Assembly: GCF_018350175.1 (NCBI RefSeq)
Contig: NC_058368.1
Location: forward strand, 107,696,001 to 107,760,000
Length of the DNA stretch: 64,000 nt
Origin: Felis catus
Lineage: Eukaryota
Direction: 5' to 3'
Shown here: positions 54,257 through 64,000 of the stretch, piece by piece
Numbering within the stretch: position 1 is the first letter of the stretch
Layout: each line of letters starts with the position of its first letter
Notes under the pieces: model-generated
The model's input: the letters and a program-made list of their open reading frames with translations, nothing else
Database searches by the model: none
What the model was told of the DNA's origin: nothing
Made by a program: the position numbers and the translations under genes

Positions 54257-54819
54257 CCTAGTGACCTCTGAGCATTTTATATAGTTTGGCTCCCATGGAC
54301 TCCCATGGGTAGAACAGAGTTGGAGAAATAGGTCAATATTTCCCTTAAGTCAAATTGTTTCAGCTTCTTGAGGTCACAGACTGGCTGCATTTTTCCAGTT
54401 CCAGAAGGCTGCAACTTCCCTACATGTTCTCTGTTCCTACTTTCACTCTTTAGAAAGAATATTCTCTAATTCCTGCTATTCCACACCCTACACACTAAAT
54501 CCTGATTTTCTTTTTTCACTATTTCAAACAGAGTGATGTTTCTCTACATTACACAAGTGGCCTTGAAATGCAGACATTAATCTTAGGAAGTTTTAGATAC
54601 TGTGCATTTTCCCCTGTTTAGACCAAGAAGTCTGGTCATAAAATGCATTGGCTGTAGGTTGGTTCCCTGGGGCTTTAGAGCATACTACTTTGGTTTTGGT
54701 TTTTGTTGTTTGTTGTGGTTTTTTTTTTTTTTGCATTCTTTCTTTTTGGACTATGTGATGTGTGTGTGTGTGTCTCTGTGTGTCTGTGTTCTGTGCACCT
54801 TAAAAATAACATCAAGCCA

Positions 54820-55046
54820 GGGCACCTGGGTGGCTCAGTTGGTTAAGTGGCTGACTTCTACTCGGGTCATGATTTCACTGCCTGTGAGTTGGAGCCCCAT
54901 GTCGGGCTCTGTGCCGACAGCTCAGAGCCTGGAGCCTGCTTCAGATTCTGTGTCTCCCTCTCTCTCTTCCCCTACCCTGCTTGTGTTTTGTCTGTGTCTC
55001 TCTCTCAAAAATAAGTAAATATTTAAAAAAAAAAAAAGAAAAGAAA
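54820..55046 (+). mobile_element. Carnivore SINE
   Basis: Full body; TSD acatcaagcca / acgtcaagcca. Confidence 0.94.
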
Positions 55047-55647
55047 AGGACGTCAAGCCAAACTTTATGGAAAGAGCAATGCAAAAAGAATGTATGTCTT
55101 TGAAGGAAGGAAATCTGGATAAAATGGTCTCTCTGGTTTTCCAGATACGTTATTGTCTTTTATTCCTTTTGTTTGTTGAAAACATTTACTTCCTAGTGTA
55201 ACTGCTTTTTTTAAAACCCATGATCATGTTCTGTTGGAGCTGAAGAATGCAAACGATGAACAAGGTTAAGAGCAGCACAGGCACCAAGTTTATTAGGGCA
55301 AAAATGAAACAAACAAAAAGGACTCCCCCTACCCAGGAGGGGCTTCTTAAGGAGGAGGCCTGTTTATACAATCATCCAATATACCAAGAGGGAGTTTATC
55401 CACCTGGTTAGTGGCCAAACACATTCTACAAGAAGCCCTTAGATCAGAGTCCTGATTAGAGCTATTTAGGGGTAGACATATGGTACCTCAGTCTATTTGC
55501 TCTATTTCCTGCAGAAGAGATAACCTTAGGAGTCAGTAGGGGACACTGATGAAAAATAGGAAAGATGGAAATCCATCACGGTCTTAGTGACATTCCAACA
55601 CATGTAGTCTTTATGGTCAGCTTCCTTAGGAACCAGTCCCTGGTTGG

Positions 55648-55863
55648 GTTTGGTTTTTTTGGTTTTGTTTTTGTCTTATTTATTATTTTTGAGAGAGAGA
55701 GAAAGCATGTGAGCAGGAAAAGGGCAGAGAGACAGAATGGGGAGAGAGGATCAGAAGTTGGTAACAACAGAGAGCTCCCCATGCAGGGCTCGCACTCATG
55801 AACTATGGGATCATGACCTGGGCCAAAGCCAGATGCTTAACCAACTCAGCCACCCAAGCACCC
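55648..55863 (-). mobile_element. Carnivore SINE
   Basis: SINE body; flanking ctggttgg on both sides. Confidence 0.9.
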
Positions 55864-55879
55864 TGCTGGTTGGCTTTTA

Positions 55880-56345
55880 ATTCAATCAGGCACTGGTTTC
55901 GACCAGTTCGGAGCAGAGGTCTCACGGCCAGAAGTAGCTAGAGAGGTGGAGGTAATCACATTAGACCAATGAGGAGGAAACCTCACAAGGGAGTCTTTAA
56001 GATTTGCAGCCATCCTAGTGACTTAGGTGGCTATCTTGTGCCTAAGACAGGCAACTTTGTATAAGAATAAGAATAAAGAGAGGGCAAGAAGTTTCTGGGT
56101 CTTATTACCATTCCAGCCAGGGTACTAACTTCCAGCCAAAACACAGACTTTCCCCTCCCTCTAGAGTAGCCACATGCTAGAGGATTACAGCCTGAGCAAT
56201 CGACATGAAAGTGTTCCATTAAGACTTTATTCCTTGAAAAGTCCCTAAAATGAAAGTCAGGAAAAGTCAGGCAGACTCACCAAGTTTGCACCAAGGCTTA
56301 GAGTCCAGATGAAAAGACTCCAAGCCCCACATAAGGGCACCAAAA
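55880..56345 (-). mobile_element. ERV internal leader with primer-binding site and splice donor; left boundary uncertain
   Basis: On the minus strand, TGGTGCCCTTATGTGGGGCTTG directly follows the LTR end and resembles the tRNA-Lys(CTT) PBS TGGCGCCCAACGTGGGGC; GGTGAGT donor at ~56275-56281. Confidence 0.6.
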
Positions 56346-56752
56346 TGATGAAATTATGAAGTAGGTTCGTGAGAAAATGGCTAAGAAAGAATTCTTGAGA
56401 CGTTTTTGGTGCAAAAAGGTGATTTTATTATAGCACAGGAATAGGACCTGTGAGCAGAAAGAGTTGCACCAGGATTGTGAGGAGTGACTGATTACATACA
56501 TTTAAGTTAGTGGGGGTTGAGGATAGCATAAATCTCTAAGGAATTTGGCAACAAGGCTTTCCTGACCTTGAGGGGCTAGCTGCTGTTAAGAAAAGGTTAC
56601 TTTTAGTCATTAATAAAACAAAAACATGCAGTAAGGCAGCCATGAGTCCTCGAGGAAGTTCACACTCTGTATGTTTCAGACGTCTATCTGTGGGCTGCAA
56701 GCTGTAGAGAGATTTAATCTAAGCCACATTTCTCTTGCCTTTGTTTCCGTCA
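56346..56752 (-). mobile_element. ERV LTR (5' LTR of a truncated provirus)
   Basis: TG...CA ends with an imperfect inverted repeat (tgatgaaa / tttccgtca); minus-strand AATAAA at ~56424-56429; adjacent PBS. Confidence 0.75.
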
Positions 56753-56810
56753 TTACTAGTAGATTACCTCTAATAAAATTTTTATATGAAATTAGGTACA
56801 GCATGGGCAC

Positions 56811-57021
56811 TTTATTTTTTTATTTTTTTTATTTAAGTTTATTTATTTATTTTTGAGAGAGAGAGACAGGCAGAGACAAAGGTAAGGAGAAAGAATCGCA
56901 AGCAGGCTCTGCACTGTCAGCTTAGAACCCAAAGTGGGCCTTGAACTCACAAACTATGAGATCATGACCTGAGCTGAAACCAAGAGTCAGACGCTTAACC
57001 AACTGAGCCACCCAGGTGCCC
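56811..57021 (-). mobile_element. Carnivore SINE
   Basis: SINE body; approximate TSD agcatgggcacttt / agcatgggtatttt. Confidence 0.93.
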
Positions 57022-57294
57022 TAGCATGGGTATTTTAAAAGAAATTCATCTGTATAGAATTATTTGGGGGGAAGCTTGTGAAAAAAAACCAGGATAGTAA
57101 ATGATCTCTAAATGACCCTTGAGTCTTGGGTTAATATAAATCTGCTTTACTCTTTTTCCAGCGCTTTGTATGTTTACAGACAAGTAAAGGCAACATGAAA
57201 GAATTATTGGCATGAGTAGCCTTTTGGACATGGACACCTCTTTTAGGCCCAGAGAAACAGAAACACAAAGTGGGAAAGGGCCCTGGCTGGGAAG

Positions 57295-57472
57295 CGGACC
57301 TTTCTGTGTTCAAATTCCTAGACCTGCACTTACTAGGGCATATTCCTTAGATTCTCTGGGTCACAGTTTCCTCATCAGTACAGTTGCAATAATGATACCT
57401 AATTCACAAGTGAAATAAAGGTGAAAAGTTTTAGTACAGTACCTGACACACTAAAGCACTCAATAAATAAAT
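57295..57472 (+). mobile_element. MIR remnant
   Basis: gttcaaattcctagacctgcacttactag...cagtttcctcatc...acagtacctgacacactaaagcactcaataaa. Confidence 0.7.
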
Positions 57473-58039
57473 GGAACATTTTCTCAGGTATAACACCAAT
57501 GAGTTAGGGGCTCAGTCTGACCTTGCAGTACTTCTCATTTTCTTCTCCTTTTCCTTTCCCACTACTAAGGAAAACAAACCTTCATACCATAATTCAAATG
57601 AAAACTCTTGAAAGTTTTAGAATCACTTTTATCAATAAGCTATCTTGTTCTTTTTCAGCACTGGTTCCTAATGTATATACCTTCAAATAGTCAGGACACC
57701 TGTATTAAATACCACTCCCTGCCCCCAAATACTTACAGACATATAGAATTGCATAAATCAACACAGTGTCTATTTTTGTTACCAAGGAGCTTGCATACAG
57801 CTCTCAATATCCTTAAACTCATATTGAACATCCTGCGTAAATCATTATAAATATCATTAATATAATTTTATTTAACTAGATAAAAATAGCTTGTATAGAA
57901 TTCTGTGATTGGGTATTGTGGTAACTCCATCATGAAGATTGGGATCTCACGACCCTATTTCTTATGGTATTTCCCAATGAATAAGTGAGAAAACTGAATC
58001 TGAAAGAGATCAACAACACAGCCAGCAAGTGGCAGAACT

Positions 58040-58490
58040 GGTGTCTGGCTGGCAATGGCTTTAGAATGTTCCCACTGCTAATAAGACCACTATGCCAGTC
58101 CTCTTGGATGATACGATTTATGGTAAACAGCAGCTTTTACTCTGGGAGTCTAGAGTTTGGGTAGCTGCGTCTAATGTGTGCCTCCATTACCAGCCCCCAG
58201 CTAAAAGCCTTGGGATCCGAGTCTCACACAGGCTTCCCTGGGCAGAAACCCTACAGACGCGAGGCTGTGTTTCACTGCTGGGGGAGGGTGAACTGAGTGT
58301 AGCCCCTTCTAGGAGAGCATAGAAAGCCTCCAGGCCCTGCCAGACATGTCTTTATCCCCTACTGGTCTTTCTAGGTAGCTTTGCTGCATTGCTGTAATAA
58401 ATCTTAGCCATGGGTACAGCCATATGCTGGGATTTGTGAGTCCTTCCAGGGAAGTGCCCAATGTGGAGCGGCCATGGGACTGCTGAAGGA
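58040..58490 (+). mobile_element. ERVL-type LTR remnant (LTR40/MER73/MER74-like)
   Basis: tctgggagtctagagtttgg...accagcccccagctaaaagccttggg...gcttccctgggcagaaac...gctgtaataaatcttagccatg...gtgagtccttccag. Confidence 0.65.
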
Positions 58491-59288
58491 GTCTGAAGTG
58501 CTGACAAAGATATTGATTAAGTTGTCAGGAGACACGTTATCCATCAGTCAAGGAACTTCCTTTGAATTACCTTCCTGAAAACTGTAAAGGTGTTAGTCAG
58601 TAGGGCCAAGGTTGCAGCTTTTCTAGAAATTTCAGTACTAATGCCTCATCTTGAATATAGTATGTACTTTGTAAAATATATACATACAGATACACAGTAG
58701 TTAGAAAATATGTCAATATCGTTAGTATTTGTTTTGCTTTTTTTTCTGTGCTCTGTTTTTATTGTTTTGCAGCAGAATGCCCAACCACGAACAGAATTGC
58801 AAATATCTAGCTGTGCAAAAGAGGAGATAGGGCCTTAGTACAAATGGAAAACATGATTTTTTTTAAATAAGTACCAAAACAGGACTAGTGTCCTACAAAC
58901 ACATGGAAACTAGATCTTTGTAGCTGAGCTGCCTTACCAGGGGTCACACCATTATACTCACGATTTCCCTACCCCACCAGTCAGTATAGTCTCAAGGTGC
59001 CAGTGGTCAAATGTGTTCACAGTGAGTTTTCCCTAACCCTATACAGATAATTGTCTTCTTAAATAAAATTTTAGATGTTTTTATTTTCTTTTAAGCATTT
59101 CCCTCTTATTTTCTAAACGTACATGATGTATATATATTGTTCTTACAGTAAGAAAACCTGACATTTAATAAGTCATAATATACCAGATGATCACAACTAA
59201 ATTTGTTCATATATACAACATTGTGATGGGATAAACAATAAAAAAATAACAAATAAGATTTTTGGATTATAAAATTGTGAGAAACCTT

Positions 59289-59455
59289 GGGGAGCCTGGG
59301 TGGCCCAGTCAGTTAAGCATCCGACTCTTGATCTTGGCTCAGGTCATGATCTCATGGTTCGTGGGGTCAGGCCCCACATGGAACTCTGTGCTGGCAGTCT
59401 GGAGCCTGCTTGGGATTCTCTCTCACCCTCTCTCTCTGCCCCTCTCCCAGTCATG

Positions 59456-59493
<38 letters not shown>

Positions 59494-59518
59494 ATAAATA
59501 AATAAATTTTAAGGAAAA
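59289..59518 (+). mobile_element. Carnivore SINE
   Basis: Full body with (CT)n and A-tail. Confidence 0.94.
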
Positions 59519-59821
59519 TTGCAAGAACTTGTTCTCACCTTCTACTTTTTAATTTTTTTTCACAATTTTCAAACATTACTTTCGAAATGAAAAATCTTGT
59601 GTTGATATGATTTATTATGGAAGCTTGAAATCTGCTGGGGTCTGGTGGAGATCAAGCCCATTTATCAAAATATTTCTTTTTGAGAAGAAGTTTTCAAGAC
59701 ACCATGTCCAAAAACACATGGGCATTAGTATGTGGAAGATGGCCAGAGTGAAGCCCCGTGCCCTCACAGAAAAGGTGGCAAAGGACATCCACACCACAGC
59801 ATTTATACCCAAGTGCTCTTC

Positions 59822-59845
59822 TTTTTTTTTTTTTTAATGTTTATT

Positions 59846-59891
<46 letters not shown>

Positions 59892-60060
59892 TATGAGCAA
59901 GGGGGGTGCACAAAGAGAGGAAGACACAGAATCTGAAGCAGTCTCTAGGCTCTGGGCTATGATAACACAGAGTCCAGCACAGGGCTCGAACTCCCAGACT
60001 GCAGGATCATGACCAGAGCCAAAGTCGGTCGTCCAACCAACTGAGCCATCCACGCTCCCC
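59822..60060 (-). mobile_element. Carnivore SINE
   Basis: Poly-T, (GA)n, SINE body; TSD caagtgctctt on both sides. Confidence 0.94.
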
Positions 60061-62729
60061 CAAGTGCTCTTATTAACATGTGGCTTTAGGATTGGTTTTA
60101 TTAACAAAAAATCAAAATCAATCTATGTGATAAACACACAAGCATTTTCAGTGAACAAAATAAATAAACTTTTATTTTGTAGAATTTTATAATAGGAGAA
60201 TTTTAGGAAATACTTATTCTAATAAATATTTATTTTCCAAGATAAAGAGGGTTAAACCCAAAGAAATTAAATGCTTTTTCTCGGTGAACAATGAAGGAGT
60301 AGCAGGATGAGCCTAGAATCCCATTTGCCTGTGTCAATGCTCCAAGGACTGTGTCTAATTATGCTTAAAATAATTCTTCACCAAAAAAATACCAAGTTCA
60401 GGTCTAGGTCTCTTTCCAACACACCCAGCACAGTAAAGTAATTCTGTTTGCTTCTTGCTGCTCAAAGGAATTAAGTTTGTCAAACCATCTGAGCTAACTT
60501 TATTCTTTTTGCAGAAGGTCACAACAAATAGTTAATATTAAGCTTCAAGCCTAAAAATGCTGAAGATGCACATCTTTAGAAAATAGGGATTGGAAAGTGA
60601 GCTGAGAGATAATTAATAGAGAAGTAGATCAACTAATTGCCTGGATAACTGCTCTATAATATGAATTGTTGGAGTCAACCACAGTGATTATCTTTCCTCT
60701 TGACCCCAGTTATTTCCAATAACCCAGGGATCAGCTTTACAGGTGCTTTTTTTGCAAAACTGTTTTTTGTACAGCGAAAGTTGCTAATGCCCAAGTTATT
60801 GACATTGTTCCAGGGAAAGAATAAATACTGTCTGTAGTAGGATTAGTGGTAAATGATTTTTAATGATTTTTTAAAATTATATTTGAATCAAAAAACCATT
60901 ATTGACTTGTCCTGTTGACCAAATATTAAATAAATTACTCTAAGTTTGTACACATTTTCTGAAACTCAAGAGTCTGTTTCAAGGACATTTCCTATTTTCT
61001 CTTTATTTTGGTTGTAAGGAACTTAGGTGGCAGATTTCCTAGAACTGGGCTCTCTTTTCCATTTCACCCCCATCCCCAATTATTAGCTATTTAAGTATTT
61101 AATAGTCATTCTGAACTTAGATTCTTTAGTTTCTAACTTTCAAAGAGGCTTAGGCTGCCAAAAAGAAAATTAAACCAAAACAGTTAAATGAGGCTTTGGG
61201 GGATTCATACAATTAGAATTTTAATATAAACAAAAACTGAAATAGCCGTGAGTGGGTTATTGACTGTGATTTCTTCAGATATATGAACTAAATCACATAT
61301 ACATCCTTGACATCTGGGATGAGATTATGTCCTTGTAAATTAACAAAAAAGCAATTGAAAAATATTTTCAGATTTCTGAAATAGTCAGGTTTCTGACTAA
61401 AGATGATGCTAAGTAGGCACTGTCATGACACACGAAAACTAACTTGATTTTCTTTGTGAATGAAAAAAATCCTCCTGGACCCTATATTGTGTGCTGTGTA
61501 CCTGGCCTCCCCTAGGCTGGGGAGGCCCATTTTCTCTCCTATTTGGGAATTGCATAGAATTCTATGCACATGTTCACCATTTACTTTTGTGAAGACAGGC
61601 CTAGGGGTTCATCAACTACTTGTTCTTATTATGTGCCAGATTCAGCTTGGTGATGGCTAGTGTGATGTCATGAGACGACCCTTGTTTATTTGTTCTGAGT
61701 TTAAGAGAAATATATCAGAATGTATAAGTTCTAATGAACCCTAGAATCATGAAAGTTTAAGCTAAAAAGTAATGTCTTGAGGTCACCTACTTGAAACCCC
61801 TCATTTGTCACTGCTATCTGGCCTCCCTCATTTATACCTAAAATAATTGACAGCGATGACATTCAATAATATTTTAATTTCTAATTTGAGCTGTCTCTTT
61901 TTGCCTGGAAGTACTAGAAACTAGAGAGCCTGTCAAATTTCTCAGCACCTAAAGAATTTTGAAGAATAACCACCTTCCCCTGACCCCTACACACGTAACT
62001 AATTAAAACTACTTCTTGGGAATGGAGTGGCCATGTTTTAAGGCACCATGTGCTCTTGTAAAATCCATCATTTTTCCTGATGTTCTCTGGAAAATAGTCA
62101 AGAAGTCTTCTATGATGGTGAGAGGATTTTCCAGGTTTTCCATACATGCTCCATAGTGTTAGCTTAATCCTTATAAATTGTAGGAATGGTGCTTATTCAA
62201 GAGCACTGGGTGAGGAAGAGAAAGTGTCTGATTTTAAATGTTAATCTACTCTTTACTGAAGAGTAAACCACTCAAAAATGATCTGAAATTTCTCCTGACA
62301 TTTATTGCCTTTTGACATTAACTCAGTTTGGTTCAGGAGAAATAACGTGGTGTCAAATTACCTCATTGTGACCTTGATCTGAACATTTCTACACTTTCAC
62401 AACCTTCATAGAAATATATCACGAGAGTTCAAATGGACACTGAGAACCTCCTCTGACAGAGAATATTCCTGTATGTATAAGACTAAGTCAGACGTAAACC
62501 CAAACATTCCCCTAAGACCTGATAGATTTCAGACAAAATGGCCACTACCTATCCCAGCAGGCCAGAAGACAATCATCATCTTTATGTGAATAATGTGATC
62601 CTATGTCACATTCCAGAAACGTCCACAAAAGTCAAGACTGATATAATCTAAAACTTGCATGCAAACTGTTAAGGCAAAATCAAGGACTCTATTTTTAGAT
62701 TATGTTATTGTTTTAGAAAACTACCCTGA

Positions 62730-63190
62730 GAACCGTCTACACTAATTAGTGACTAGGCAAATAGTACTGGTTTAAACGCAATGGAAGCTTATTTCTCCTT
62801 TGTAGTAATGGTCAGAAAGCAGGTAGTCCAGGGCTGGTATGGTCATTTGTCTCCATGAGATCATCCAGAAACCATTCTCTGCCCATTATTTGTGCTTTCT
62901 CTGCTTGTGGTAGATGAGAGGGTTCCGGGTTTTGTATAATCAGTTAAACAGCAAAATGAGGGAAAGGTAAAGAAATGGCATGATCTCTACTTTAAGGACA
63001 AGTCCAGAAGAGGTCATTTTCTACTACAGTCCATTGCATATAACATAGCATTATGGTGGCACCCAACAGAAAAGAAGTTGGAAAATTTATTAGTTCCTAG
63101 TTCTGGTATCCAGGAGGCAGTAGAAATCAAGGTTCTATTCTTGTAAGAGCAAAGAAGGGAGTGGACCTGGGTAGCAACCAGCAGTCATGC
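62730..63190 (-). mobile_element. Old MLT1-type LTR remnant
   Basis: tggtttaaacgcaatggaagcttatttctc...aggtagtccagggctggtatgg...ccattgcatataacatag...gggtagcaaccagcagtc. Confidence 0.55.
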
Positions 63191-63493
63191 TGGTACTGTC
63201 TTATTGTCAAAGTCACTTTGGGAACTTTAAAAATACGTAATCCTGGGCCTCACCCCTGGAGATTCTGATTGAGTGGGTCTGGTTTAGGCTCATTGGCCAA
63301 ATTACTCCCAAGCTGTATCTTAGTGATAAGGTGAATCACCAGAAAGTTATATTTCAGTAGAATTGCCTTCACAGAAACCTATTATGCTCTCTGCTTTCAA
63401 AAGGATGTGATAATAAATAGCTATGCAGCCAGCATCTGTGCACTTTTCTGCATTAGAACTGTTGTCAAGGCTATTAAGCAATATGTTGTTCAG

Positions 63494-63733
63494 TTTTTTT
63501 TTTTTATTTTTTTTTTAATGTTTATTTATTATTGAGAGACAGAGAATGAGCATGGGAGGGGCTGAGAGAGAGAGAGGAGGAGGAGGAGACACAAAATCCG
63601 AAGCAGTCTCCAGGCTCCTCCAGGCTCCAAGCTGTCTGCACAGTGCCCGCCGCAGGGCTCGAACTCACAAACTGTGAGATCATGACCTGAGCCGAAGTCA
63701 GACACTTAACCGACTGAGCCACCCAGTCACCCC
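63494..63733 (-). mobile_element. Carnivore SINE with a small internal duplication
   Basis: Poly-T, SINE body containing ctccaggctc-ctccaggctcc; flanking cagttttt. Confidence 0.94.
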
Positions 63734-64000
63734 CAGTTTTTCTGATGTAAAGATCCTAATGACTAATTGCTTTTAGCCTTCAATTCCAGCTAAAAGCATT
63801 TAAGTTTGATTCTCCTAAAATTTATTATGCTTTACTACCAATTGGAGCCATGTAATCAATGGAATTTTCCTTTTTGCCTTAGCTGTAGAAAGAAAAGAGC
63901 TTTGTTTTATGTTCACCTGTTAGAGCCTTGCTCAGTATTTTGCAGCCTTTGCTCAGTATCAGTGCAGATAACTTTTGTTGTCCTCTGTTTCTCTTAAATA

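Overview
AT-rich, CpG-depleted mammalian genomic DNA from a felid (cat family), judged from about 27 tRNA-derived carnivore SINEs, including four near-identical young SINEC_Fc-type copies, and a young feline-type L1. I can support no intact host protein-coding gene, RNA gene or CRISPR array. The long ORFs trace to L1 ORF1/ORF2 remnants, SINEs, microsatellites or decayed ERV and DNA-transposon sequence. The window is a dense record of transposable elements. It holds a 5'-intact L1 with a large ORF2 deletion, a HAL1-like element, a Charlie (hAT) transposase fossil and several MaLR/ERVL solo LTRs. It also holds an ancient ERVL-type provirus (LTR-gag-pro) split by a near full-length Tigger1 that is itself split by a SINE, a truncated provirus (LTR, PBS, splice donor), a young 5'-truncated L1 with 17-bp TSDs, and a tail-less internal L1 fragment that appears to carry TSDs. 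Older L1/ERV copies lie almost all on the minus strand, which suggests but does not prove an intron of a plus-strand transcript. I found no convincing new biological system. Family names are by-eye recognition, not database hits, and boundaries of old elements are approximate.
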